NCBI GenBank assembly: GCA_965153285.1
Contig: OZ229111.1
Strand: one strand, 5' to 3'
DNA length: 64,000 nucleotides
Origin: Podarcis tiliguerta
Lineage: Eukaryota
Of this stretch, positions 36,550 through 49,450 are shown piece by piece; the first letter of the stretch is position 1, and each line of letters opens with the position of its first letter. The translations under genes and the position numbers were made by a program. Under the pieces are notes generated by a model. That model had not been told where the DNA came from and made no database searches. It worked only from the letters and a program-made list of their open reading frames with translations.

Positions 36550-36735
36550 TACTTCAAATAGTGGTTGTAGGAGTCAAATAAGATATCACATAGGCACTTC
36601 CTGGAGATCCATAGAAGGAGGGTTGCAAAAGTGTCTGGGTGAAATAGTTACCCAGAAAATCTCTGACATTTCACCAGTGCTAAACCTTGACTTTTAAATA
36701 TATTTAAATATCTTACCTCACAATGCATCTTAATA

Positions 36736-37071
36736 TAAAGGTAAAGGGACCCCTCACCATTAGGTCCAGTCGCGGACTACTTGGGTTGCGGTGCTCATCT
36801 CGCTTTACTGGCCGAGGAAGCTGGCGTACGTGGCCAGCATAACTAAGCCACTTCTGGCGAACCAGAGCAGTGCACGGAAACGCCGTTTACCTTCCCACCG
36901 GAGTGGTACCTATTTATCTACTTGCACTTTGATGTGCTTTCAAACTGCTAGGTTGGCAGGAGCAGGGACAAAGCAACGGGAGCTCACCCTGTCCCAGGGA
37001 TTTGAACCGCCGACCTTCTGATCAGCAAGCCCTAGACTCTGTGGTTTAACCCACAGCACCACCCGCGTCCC
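36736..37071 (-). mobile_element. Sauria SINE (reverse orientation, small internal deletion)
   Basis: AAAGGTAAAGGGACCCC ... CACAGCACCACCCGCGTCCC; TSD CATCTTAATA (36726-36735, 37072-37081). Confidence 0.93.
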
Positions 37072-37605
37072 CATCTTAATAGAATGAATGCTAATACACA
37101 CCATGCCCTGAACAAGGAAAGGATTCCAGCTGGACGTCTGGTTATATAATGGGACATTATTCAACTCCTTGTAGATTTTGGAGTGCTACATGGGAGAAGA
37201 AATAAAAATGGAAGTCCCATAATGTGGGCAGAAGTGCATTGCAGCAGATAGTAAAAGGAAGAGCAGCTACATTATTTTTTTTTTAATGACAAACAGAACA
37301 GTGCAGACTTTCATTGAAAAGAAGCACTGCCATGTCCCTCTGGTAGTGGTTGCTTTATTTATTAATTTAAACATTTTATGCCCCCATTTAATTTAACAGA
37401 ATTATCAGGACAGCTCACAACGGTCATAAAAATTCTACCAAGATTGAGAGAGAAGGTAAAACAGCAAAAAGTAAGCTATAAGCAGAGTGGTGTGGGGGAG
37501 CAGTAGACTCAAACTAGCTGGAAAGCCTGGGTTGGGTAAAAGAGTGCTGAAAGGGCAACTAATTTGGTATCAGGCAATCTTCTGGCTATCATTTCACATG
37601 TACAT

Positions 37606-38075
37606 GTTGTTAGCATCCATCTGTCTCAAGAGACAATGGGGTGAAGTCAAACTGCTGTGTTACCAACACCGAAGTGAGCTCCTGGGCATTGTTTATGGAG
37701 ATCCTGGGCTGCAAAGATGACAAGACACCCTTTCGGCCTCACTGATGTGGTCCAAGAGGAACCAGAGCACTGCCAACTTGGCTGCAGGATTTGTTGGAAG
37801 GAGGACTCATGCAAGGTGCCATCCAACCATCTTAGGGAATCTGCTCCAGATTTGTGTAAGGCTTACTACTTAGCCTTATCTTCTCCCAACGATATCCCAC
37901 AAGGCAGTGACGGTTTAGGACCAGAGCTTCCCTTCTCCCAGATGGACTACCCTCTTAGGTTGGCAAGACCCATTTGCCTCTCACTTCCCTCAACAGCAGG
38001 TGCAGAAACCGCCACCTTGACCATTGGACCCATTATTGGTCTCAGCCTGTCTTCACATGCCGGGGAAGTCTCAAC
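37606..38075 (-). mobile_element. RTE-derived non-autonomous element
   Basis: Begins CATCCATCTGTCTCAAGAGACAATGG..GGTGAAGTCAAACT, shared with the RTE 3' end at 49245-49300, then continues in non-coding sequence; right boundary approximate. Confidence 0.55.
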
Positions 38076-41000
38076 AAAATGTATAACTATCATACCGTGT
38101 AACTCAAAGTATCAGTGCTAGAGTGCAGATGTAAATAGCACTTTGCACAGGACTATGTATATGGCCATTTATATGAGCACCTTGTGAATTAGCCTTATGA
38201 GTAACTTATTCAAAGTATAAAGGTCAACTTTGCTGTCAACATTGGAATTCTAACTTAAAGTTTCCAGGCTTTTTTCCTCATGGAAAACAAAATATTTCAC
38301 TGTGCCATCTTAGCAAGCTACATAAGCAATTTGGTTGTGTCTCTCCACTCCCAATTTCTTTCTTCATGTATGTAGGCCCAACCATGGATCATAGCATGTA
38401 CCATAAATGTTCTAAAAGAAACACAAAACACACTGGAGTGCTTGCAGGTGGGAAGCGGAGTGTGGTTTCTAATGATGGCCCTTTATCCTAATACCTGCAA
38501 ATACCAGGAATGGCAGCAGAATCTTACATCTGACTGCTATTTGGGATAGAGGTATAGAAAACCAGGGCAAGCTGAAATCTTTTATAGAACCCTGTTTTTT
38601 ATGGTCCAGAAACTTTTATTTCAGCTTCATTTAAATGTAAGATATCTCTTAATGACTATGTTAAGATAGACCACTGTAATAGCCTTGATGCATATTTTAA
38701 ATTAATAATTTGCACTATGCATTTCAATCACTTGAAAGACTTGTTAATATACAGCTACATCTTCAAAGCTGTTGACAATATGAAGATATATTTTGGCTAC
38801 TGGCTAGGCAAGTAGTAAGCTAGGATAAGGACATTAGTTATGCTAAAATATCACCAGTATTTCCCCCTTTAGCTTTTGAGTTGGCAGCGTGAGATTAATT
38901 AAGCACTTCTCACTTGGGGCTGCCTTCCTCATGCTGTTTGTTGATAAATGTTCAGTTAATTTATGCTTAATTTAGATCCTCAGCTTTTCTTCACACTCAT
39001 TAACTTGCAAGATTAATTTTTAAAAGCATAGAATCTGGAGATCAGCTTGGTGTTCAGAACTAGATACTGGGTATATGAATCACATCAGGAATTTTTACTA
39101 TTCCCTGTATTATGGGGGTGTGGTGAAAGACAGGGGTCTTTCTGACTTTTAAGGCCTGCTACCGGTAAGTGGACTAGAAATTATGGCATACAGTGCTGAA
39201 CATGGGTTTCAGTGGAAATTTACAAGTAAGCGGAGGAACTAGGGAACAGCAGAATGTGCATTGTGACACTTTTTTCTATGATTTTCTTAGCTGCTTTGTA
39301 TGTCTCAACTTGAAGAGGAAAATGTGGGTTATATGCTTTACTTTTTTTAAAAAAGTGACATGATCTCATAGCCTGATTCTAGCTGCACACCAGTTGGTAG
39401 TACAGCTGCACTGAGTTTAAGTGTAACTCGATGTGTGTGATTTCAGAATGAGAGATTTAAAAAAATATGTTTAAAAGCTGCTATTGCCTATACATTTATT
39501 CTCTTATTAGGAGTGTTTACTGTTTTAGAGTCTTCGTGATAGTTTTCTAGTGCAAGCACCTGCTGTAGTCCATAAGCAATAGCATAATGTTGCATATATC
39601 TTTCCATACCTGTGATTAAAAAAGAAAATAACCAACAGGCTCGTTCTGTTATACATAATCTAGGACATTCGAAACCCTCTCCCTGGTGCAAATAGTTATG
39701 GACAATACATTCACTTGCATTGATCTCTTATTATGTGTCTCTCCCTTCCTTTCTCCCTTTCCAAAATGAATTTAGATTATAGGCTTCTTAGGACACAGGC
39801 CTGCCTTTTGCTTAGATTAATTCTGTAGTGCAGTGTTTATACTGATGGCACCTTATCAAAATAGTTCTATTTCTCAATAATGCTAATCTTGCTTGGGAAA
39901 GGTACCTGGTTTAATTTTTGCTGGTTCCCTTCAGGAAACATTCATTTATTTCAAACACTTGAAAATGCATAATTACTGCCCCCTTCATTAGCATACCAGA
40001 ATTCTGTATGCTGAGTTGATACCTGACCTAGAACACAAAAATGTTTAGCTAGGGTTTCTGTTTTAAAATCATCCTTGGAGGCTTGTGAGTAGCAATATAT
40101 AGGGCCAGATTCAACTGCCCATTCTGCATACACAGAGAGGGGAGGGGAGATTTTTCCATTGGGCAAGCAGAAATCCTAGTGCTGACAGAACTGCACTACA
40201 TTGAACCGCACTGTTGATCTGCAGGGTTAGTAACCTGCCAATTCATATTGTACTAGTTTGTTATTTGGCAGTTGTATCCATCTTTGAATACGAAAGTTGC
40301 TTTAATAATCCCGTTTCTCTGCCAAAGCAGCACTATAGAAGTAAAGGAAAAACATGGGCTACCTCACTTAGAGCATTACAGCATTTCCATAACCAAGGAG
40401 GGGAAAATACTAACCTTGGGAAATGATTGAGTTGAAGAGCTGGAAAAAGTTTCAGAATAGCATAAGAAAAGCATGTTGGTGTTTCTTTGTGTTGGCCCTA
40501 ATAAAATATGAGCAGCCGTTAAAGCCTACACAGGTTAGGCTTGACAGTGAGCGCCACTTGTGTGCTTGTACACACAGGGCATTTTGATTTATTGCAGAAG
40601 TACTTTGCAGAGCAGATGTATATATAACGGGTTGGCTGGAGATGGTCTTTTGATCAAATGTTGATAACAGAGTGGAATGAGTGAAGATGTACCCAACCCA
40701 GGAAAGGTTACTGTGGCATATATTAATTCAACCCTGAAAACTAAGCTATTGCATAATTCGTGTAAAATTCATGATGGGCACTTTCAAGACCAATGTGAAG
40801 GACAGGTTTCTGGGCGGCGCTTTATGATTTAAGGGAGAGCTAGAGAGAGGAGGACACAAATAAGATCAGAAAATAACTCTTCCTTGAATCATTATAATCC
40901 TGCTTCTCAGAAGGCCCGAAAGGTGTCGTTTAAAAAACGTCTCAGTAGTATTAGAAGCTTCTGCGCCATCTGTAGTAATACAAATCTGTTGGACAACTTT

Positions 41001-44000
41001 GGAATAAATTCTTTGTGTTCTTCCCATTATAGTGAAATTGGGAATTCACCTATAATATGGGCAAAATAGACAGTGAATCTTAGCTGTTATCGTGTCAAAC
41101 TTGATGGCGCTAGTTGTTAAATTCTTTCTGTAGCTTGAGTTATTGCAGCCCAGACATAAGTCATCAGAGAGCTACTTTTGAGGCATTCGTGCTTCAGGCA
41201 GTTCCTGTGAGCTGCCATGCACCAGCTAGGAATGTCCTGTTAGTAAAAAATCTGGGTTGCTTTTTGGCATTAGCACATGTATAACAAGACTTCTCTTTGA
41301 AACATTCATAACATATGAATAAAAATTCATAACGTTTGAAGAATACTAAATTATTTCTTACCAACTTTGGAAGGAAAAGCATTCTGGTATACCAGAATGA
41401 TAGAAGGTTCATAAATATATGCTTTTCAAAAAAGTAGGGTTAAAAAAAAAATCCTATACGAGGAAATTTCTTGGCTTGACACTGTTCCAAGAGTGTAAGA
41501 AATCAAGCCAGCAACTTGGTCAACTTTCTATATCTATAACTTCTCTTGCAATGTGTGAAAAGTTTCTATATGAGCTTTTATAAAGTTTGACTGGCTGTCA
41601 TGCTTCTCACCTTAAATAAAATCATAATAGAATGAAGGCAAGTTATAAAGTGGATTACACAGCACAGATACCCTACATAAAATTAAGATGGTTGCCCAGA
41701 AAATGGTCTGAACGCGCACAGGACTGCTGCAGGACTGACACTTTAAGCTTAGAGGAAGAATTTGGTAAATTAGCCTAGAACTGTAAATCTAGAGGTCTGC
41801 ATTTGTTCTTAGACAGTTCCTTTGCAACCTGACCATGTCTGGAGCTGTTAAAGCACCATTTCCTTTTCTCACTCCCACTCTCTTCTTCCCACACCTGTGC
41901 GCTTTTTCTCCTGCAGCCTTTGATGGATCATATCCCAAGTAGCATTTCTAAATAAATGGAAACTAAGTCCTGCGTTTTCCTCTTGGTAAGGCCAGTTCTG
42001 CTTGTCAGATGGTTCTTATTGTAAAAGCGCTGCTGGCGTTGAGAGGGGCTTATTCTGATTTTCCATAACCACCCCCAAAACACTTTCCCAGTCCTGAATG
42101 CCTTTCATAATGCAGCCTCCCCATGGCAGCTATTTAAAACTGCCTTCAAGTGTCAGCTGTTCCATGTCCCCTGTATTGGCCTGCAGCATGATAGAGCTCC
42201 ACAGTGGGAGCCTCGCTGCATTTTATGTTAGTACATCGGAAGTAGTTTGCTGCATCAAGCAATTTCCACATAGGAGTACTCAGTGACTCTGAATAGAAGG
42301 AGGTGGTCCTTAAAAGTAAGTAGAACTGTAAGTTCTAGGAAGCTGGATAGCATGGACATAAAGATGCAATGATAAAATTGTAATAAAGAAACTCCTGTGA
42401 GGGGGCATACAAAATCATATTACTTGTGACCATCCTTTTAATCAACTGATGTACCATAATGGTTGTAGAGATAATATGAACAAGGGCTTTGTGGGCAAAG
42501 AAGGAGTCTTGTGATAGAAATTGCTTGCTCTGGACATAGCTGTTTACTATAAATCTCTTTAAGTTGTATCCTTGTTTTTGTCATACTTTTGGAACAATTT
42601 ATTCAGCTACCCATCATCCTTCCTTCCATTCCTTGAAGGAATTAAAAAATCTTACTGTGTTCATCTTATTGTCCATTATAGATATAAAGCACCTCTGCAT
42701 GTTATGATGAGCCACAAATCTCAAAACAGAATGCAGCCTGTCCTTGGCTGAAAATGGGCCAGTGCTGCTGTTGACCTACATTTCACATGCATTTTAATAG
42801 AGAAAGCTGTCGCTGGCTGCTTTGAAAGCGTCCTTTGCTGCAGTGTTGTGGATAGCCATCAGTCCCATTTGTTTAAGCCCTTGAGCAAGAAATGAACTTC
42901 TCCGATTTGTTTACATCCCCAGTTAATTGTTGGCTTGGTGTTGTCCATGTGGTGGAAGAGGTAGCTGGAGAAGGTCAGAGAAAACGCGAAGAAGCTGAGA
43001 TGCAGTAATGCAGTTAACAGACTAAAGCATTGGTGGGCTTTAGCAACAATTATTTTAAAATACAGTAATGAACTTCGATTAGAAGTGGATATGCAAATTC
43101 TACACTTTGGTAAAGTGGGTATATGTAATCTTCTCTTACTTGTGGTCTGATTTGCTTCTATATTCATGGTCCTTTATTTAATATGATTTTATAGCATCTA
43201 ATATTAGGATTCATATTTAGATTGCGTGAACTACAGTTCTGAGTTTACTACTTGGTTGCAAAATGATGGCAATATAATTTTAATGTAGTTTAAGACAACT
43301 TTTCTTAGGAGTAACTTTGAAGAAAATAGAAACAATATTATGCCATTTACTTCCCTGTGGGGCAACAAAATCAACACACACAAAAACAGAACAAAAAAAT
43401 AATAATCAAATGTTTTCTCCAACCAAGTCCTACTCAGAGTAGGCCCATTTAAATAGATAGGCCCAAGTTACTCACTGATATTTGTGTGACAAGTCAATTA
43501 GTAAACAATTAATGTGGCTTTAAAATGAAAATTAATGTTAATCAGAACACAGATAGCATTGCTCTTTTAAACTAAGAAAAAGCTTAGTTTATATTTTTCT
43601 TCTTTTCTTAGTGCTGGAGTATAGGCAGGTAGTTAATTTTGTGTGCCACAGACTTTTATACCTGCAACATAAGTGAGATTCTACTTTATACAGCTATATG
43701 TAGAAATCTCATTGCAGCTGTTCTTCATGTAATAACATGGGAAGAGACAAAACTTACACATGGTGAGTATCTTGGCCTTCTGTACTGATCCAGTAGTGCA
43801 GGTGGATTTGCAATAAAATTTAGGTCTTCATCTGTCCCTTTGGAAAAGTAACAGATTAATCACATTCATGAATTCTTCCTTGTTGGCTTTGCTGTTTGTT
43901 AAATAAACTATGCCAGACATAGTTCAGCCATCTTTTCACTACATATAAGAACCCCATGCCCCCTCCCCCCCCCCAAAAAATTTCTCTCTCCTCTTGTTTA

Positions 44001-44944
44001 GCTACAGTATAGCAAGACTCTGAAAAAAAGGATTTACATAAAGCAGTGTTTAGACTCCTTTCCTTGAGCTGCAATTCCATGGCACACTTGATCTTTGTTG
44101 ATGACCATATGGCATGATTTTGTGCTTGGATGCAAGCTTAGGGTTGGGTGTATCAGCCAGTCACTTGTAATGAATACCACTTCTGCTTGATTTCCGGAAG
44201 GAAAGTCTGCATTGAAATATATGATATGATATTCGGCCAAGAAGAAATGTAAATTTCTGTTGTATAAACATTGTAAGATTTATCAGTGTTAGTGGGTCCT
44301 CCTAGTTTAATGTCAGACTATGCACACTGTTGCAGATTGCCTTTTTGACCAAGGAGCTGGCAAAACATGTTTACTTGCTTTTGCAGGTCGGGGGGGGGGG
44401 TAAAACCTTGAAAAGCTGCTTATTCTTGGAAATTGGCCTGTTATCCCTGTCAAGCTTCTCCGGTTGTCTTGGAATGGAGTGATTAGGCAAGACCCCAGCT
44501 GTATATGTGTGAGGTAGATTATGGTAATCGTATTATTCTCATCTCATTCAGTTAAGTGTTCTAGGTTTAGAGAGAACTCCCTGCTTTAACCCCTTCTTCA
44601 ATAGCTGTGAAAATAGTGATAGCTGGAAATAACAAAATTAGGGTACGCTTGCTTTTTCAAAATACAGACTGGTAAGCTAGCCTCCCTTTTTTGGTAAGCT
44701 CGTTTTTACGTCCTTTGTAAGTTGTGTTAGCTAAAAGAAATCTAACAGTTAATATGGACAAACCTCATATTGAGCGATGATGGATATCTGTTGGAATATT
44801 CTGTTAATGCAGTTCTGATGGAGCATTTTATATTGCTTTTTAAATAATAAGACTATGTAAGCCAAAATGTTTGAGCTCAAGTATGTGTCCTGGTTTTTGA
44901 AGAGTAGGGAGGAAGCTTGAGCATACTCTTTTTATTACTGGTTT

Positions 44945-45305
44945 CGGCCCAGTATACCTGAAGGAGCATCCCCACCTCCATCATTCGGCCCGGACACAGA
45001 GGTCCACTTCTAAGGGTCTTCTGGTGGTTCCCTCACTGCAAGAAGTGAAGTTACAGGGAACCAGGCAGAGGTCTTCTCAGCAGTGGCACCCTCTCTGTGG
45101 AATGTCCTCTCATCAGAGGTCAGGGAAATAAAGAATTACACAACTTTTAGAAGACATCTGAAGGCAGTCCTATTCAGGGAAGTTTTAAATCGCTGACATT
45201 TTATTATGTTTTTATATTTTGCCAGAAGCCGCCCAGAGTGGCTGGGAAAACCCAGCCAGATGGGGAGGATATAAACAATAAAAATATTATCATTAGTATT
45301 ATTAT
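44945..45305 (+). mobile_element. L2 LINE 3' fragment
   Basis: Remnant P.YLKE..R..FSAVAPSLWN.L..EVR.I...TTFRRHLKAVLF; tail GAAGCCGCCCAGAGTGGCTGGG..CCAGATGGG..ATATAAA plus (ATT)-like run. Confidence 0.85.
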
Positions 45306-46253
45306 TTGTCTTGATCAAATATACAAATCTTTAGATTGTCCTAAGTTTGTAAAACACAGTATTTTGACTGAGCCCTTATAAAGCAGGGAAGGTGGACTTT
45401 TTTTTCAGCCTGAGGACCGCATTGACAGTCGACCACTCCAATGAGGGCCTTATGCCCTCTGCCACAAAAACAGCTCCCTGCTTCCCACCATTGCAGTGGT
45501 GTGATGAAGGGCACTGTATTTTGTTGTTCACAGATCTTTTGGTGAAGAGCAAAAGGCAGCATTTCCACTCCTCTCCATCGCAGTGTTGCAGTAGGGAGGA
45601 AGATACTTCCTTCTTCCTTTCCTTGCAAATGTGTTCCTTCCCTTTATGTGCACTAGCACATCAGCACACAACAGGAAGAAGAGGAGCTTTTTGCAAGGTC
45701 AGGAAGAGATGCCTTTCAGAAGGTATCAGTCGGTTTGGTGGTCCATTTAAAACGGCTTGGTGAGTTTGCTCTTGCTTGAGGATTTGCCACCCTTGTCTTA
45801 CAAAAAAAATAGATCAAAGGAGAAAACAGTAGTTTTCCCCGCATGCATGTCTTTGAAGGGTTACATGTATGTCATTTTCATGACCAAAGAGTTGTTTACT
45901 TCATACAGTTTTGTTTCACAGTTAAAACTAGGTCAGCAATATAGTCCCATGCCTCTTGAGCAATGGCTCTTTAGAGCCATGTTTGAGGGTTTACAGAAGC
46001 TGCATTTAGTGGCAAAGCATGAATTGTCTTTGGTAGTTGCTTGGTGACATTAAGGGGAAATGGCTGGAAAGAGGAATGGATATAGAAAGAACACATAAAT
46101 TAGTCAATGGATAAACAAGCTCTTCACGTGGTTGTGCAAAGAAGATTATCATCAATGTCATCTGAAAGACTATTCAGATCAAAGTCACTTATATTGGCAT
46201 GACCAATTTCAAAAGTTGTGCCAAAGCATATGGAAAAAACAAATGCCTAAGAG

Positions 46254-46633
46254 CAGGGGTGGGGAACCTCTGGCCTGTGGGCCTAATTAGTCCTGGCCCC
46301 GGTCCCAGAATATGTGACACTCGGTGTGGGGTAGAACACAGCTCCAAAAGAGCGAAACAAGCACCTTTTGAAGCTTCGTTCTCAACTGATTAGCATTGAC
46401 AGCACACCTTCATAGAGGTTCACTGTATCATCTGATCAGCAGTTACAGCTCACCCTTTTGAAGGTGCCACATGATGTCAGTTAATGTATCTCTTTACTCT
46501 TTTCTACATGTGTCCACTAAATACAGCTTCTATAAATCCTCAACCATGGTGCTCTCCGCCCCAATCAAAGTTGACCCATACCGGTGGGGAAGGCAAGTAT
46601 CGGCCCGTTGGCCGGATCCAGTTTCCAACCCCA
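46254..46633. mobile_element. hAT (Charlie-like) non-autonomous element
   Basis: CAGGGGTGGGGAACCTCTGGCC ... GGCCGGATCCAGTTTCCAACCCCA; perfect 8-bp TSD CCTAAGAG (46246-46253, 46634-46641). Confidence 0.82.
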
Positions 46634-47057
46634 CCTAAGAGTTCTGAAGGTGCCCAGAAAGTAGATAGAGCTACATTATCACATTCTTAGATATTTGATC
46701 AGTGTCAGTTCCTGATTTGGTTACAGGAAGCTGAGTGTGGTGATGGTATCTTGGTTGTAAGTGCTGAGAATTCTCAACCTCATTAATGTTGAGCAGAAGT
46801 GGTAATCCCCCTAATGCAATACTATGATAGTAATTCTAGTAGGAAGGAAAGGGAAGGGAAGGGAAGGGGGAGAAGGCATTCAGACTACCAAACTTGGGAA
46901 TGGTGGGAATGAATTTTAAGAATTTGTGTACTGAGTTTAAGACAAAGGTTTAAGAACTTTAAAGATAATAGAAACTGATGAGCTTCTTAATACCTGTATT
47001 TATCCTTATGTTCTAGTTGGGTCCATCTGTAATGCATGGCTAACACTTATATTTCAT

Positions 47058-47468
47058 TGTTGTTGTTGTTTAGTCGTTTAGTCGTGTCCGACTCTCCGTG
47101 ACCGCATGGACCAGAGAACGCCAGGCACTCCTGTCTTCCACTGCCTCCTGCAGTTTGGTCAAACTCATGCTGGTAGCTTTGAGAACACTGTCCAACCATC
47201 TCATCCTCTGTCGTCCCCTTCTCCTTGTGCCCTCCATCTTTCCCAACATCAGGGTCTTTTCCAGGGAGTCTTCTCATGAGGTGGCCAAAGTATTGGAGCC
47301 TCAGCTTCACGATCTGTCCTTCCAGTGAGCACTCAGGGCTAATTTCCTTAAGAATGGATAGGTTTGATCTTCTTGCCGTCCATGGGACTCTCAAGAGTCT
47401 CCTCCAGCACCATAATTCAAAAGCATCAGTTCTTCGGCAATCAGCCTTCTTTATGGTCCAGCCCTCAC
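47058..47468 (-). mobile_element. BovB (RTE) LINE 3' fragment
   Basis: WTIKKAD.RR.DAFELWCWRRLLRVPWTARRSNLSILKEISPECSLEG.I.KL.LQYFGHLMRR (then a frameshift), (CAA)n tail, ~10-bp TSD TATATT(T/G)CAT. Confidence 0.95.
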
Positions 47469-48009
47469 TATATTGCATAGAAAGCATAATAGAAGAATGT
47501 TCAAATGACTGCAGGGCCGGGGGTCCACATCACCTTGGTTTATGAAGGGGCTGTGCCATTCTACATTATAATGAATTTATGTGGTCTGTAACTCAGCTAC
47601 CTGGGGGGAAAGCACCAGCTTTGTACATCCCAGCTGCAGACTTCATTAAGTTTCTAGCAACCAAACAATTGACAATCACAGTGGCCTGGCATGTTCGCTT
47701 ATTTTCTCAGCAGGAACTTAAAATATATGGGGAAGAGATTGAGGTGAACAAGAAGATGTGCCAGGCCAGTCACCCAGGTGAAAAGGAAAGGGGCTAACAC
47801 TTCTACTTTAAACCTCTCACTCTGACACTTGGAATGCTTTTAGCAGATACCAATGTAAGCACAAGTTAGGTTTCGAATAAATTTAGACCACCTCTGGCCT
47901 AATTTCGTGTCATGAGAAAGTTCTTGAGGTTTTTACAAAATAGACTGGAAGCTTGTGCACACATTTGAGGTTGATGTAAACAAAAAGGGAGGCTGTTGGG
48001 TTTTTAATA

Positions 48010-48235
48010 CAGTGGTACCTCAGGTTACATACGCTTCAGGTTACAGACTCCCCTAACCCAGAAATAGTACCTCGGGTTAAGAACTTTGCTTCAGGATGAG
48101 AACAGAAATTGTGCTCTGGTGGCGTGGCGGCAGCAGGAGGCCCCATTAGCTAAAGTGGTGCTTCAGGTTAAGAACAGTTTCAGGTTAAGAACAGACCTCC
48201 AGAACACATTACGTTCTTAACCCGAGGCACCACTG
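48010..48235. mobile_element. Tigger/pogo-like MITE (4215 family, opposite orientation)
   Basis: TA|CAGTGGTACCTCAGGTTAC ... TTAACCCGAGGCACCACTG|TA. Confidence 0.92.
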
Positions 48236-49240
48236 TATAAGTAGCGGCAGTTTGCTGCTGAACGGTCTCAGAGGTGGGAGGAAACAAGAATATACCAGGA
48301 TATAACATGTACAATTTGAAGAGTAAGGAAAAACTACCCATGGTAAATAACTCAAAAATATAGTATGTACTTACTAAGCTGTAACGTAGTTGCAAGTTTG
48401 GGCCCTGAGCAGACATTCAGAATCTGAGATGGGGAGCTGCTGTATATATATTACTAGGCTGTACCTAAGTATGAACTGATATGTATGTTCCCTGAATAAA
48501 TGCTGTATTCCTCAGTTTCACTGTTAAATGTAGATTGAGCTGCAAATAAGGAAGGATGTTCAGTCTTCTGTTTCCTTGATAACATCCTGAGTGCTGTAGC
48601 TAGTTAGAAGAGGCTGGTGCTCTCAGACTGCTCACTACACTCGCAGTAAACGCAGCTCTTTGTCTCTTAGAATGTTCTGCTTCCTCTTTTTAAGAATTTT
48701 TTTTTCTTTTGGGGTGGAAGCTCATGGGAGTTAGCATGCATCTATGATGAGGGCTGAGCTGCTTAAAAGAACGACTGGCTACACTAAAAGATTAATAAAG
48801 TGGCACATGTGAGTGAAAGGAGCAGACAGAAATGAAACAGTGAATGGCTTTTTGCTTTGGTTTGTAATATCCAGTACACTGCATGACTCTAAAGAGAAGC
48901 AGTCAGAAGCTAAATGACTGGTTCTGATTTTCCCCAAGGGGTAGTAGCTAAATATTTAATTGTAAATTTCTTTTCTGTTACTATCCCCTAATACGTTCTC
49001 AAGTTCTGTAGCGTAAGCAAGGATATTCTGTGCATTTCAGCTTTTTGTTTAGCTTAGTCCCAACAAACCATTTACTCTGATCGTTAATGAAGTAGAGAAA
49101 CTACTGACAGAATATAGTGTACACCATTTAACGTTACTGCTTTTGTGATGTTTCAGAGGCAGCTTTGAGAGTCCCTAAATATTTTCAGCGTTGGTAATAT
49201 TTCCGCGCAGGTTGTCTTCCATGTAGGAAAAATATATGTT

Positions 49241-49450
49241 CACACCCATCTGTCTCAGGAGACAATAGAGGAGTGCTTCTTTGGAGGTGAAGTCAAACTA
49301 TTTGTTGAAAGGTTATAGTGCCTGCTATGGCTGTAGAGACCAATACGGGAGCAACATGTTTTGTTGCAGCTGGAGCAGATGAAGGCATCCAGCTGTGCTG
49401 CTGCAGATGCACCATGGCATTTCTTCTCTCTGTGCTCCTCCCACCAAACA
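49241..49450 (-). mobile_element. RTE-clade LINE 3' end (non-BovB)
   Basis: Minus-strand ..AFICSSCNKTCCSRIGLYSHSR.., the C-terminal CxxC..SRIGLxSH motif of RTE ORFs, then short 3' UTR ..GTCTCCTGAGACAGATGG. Confidence 0.75.
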
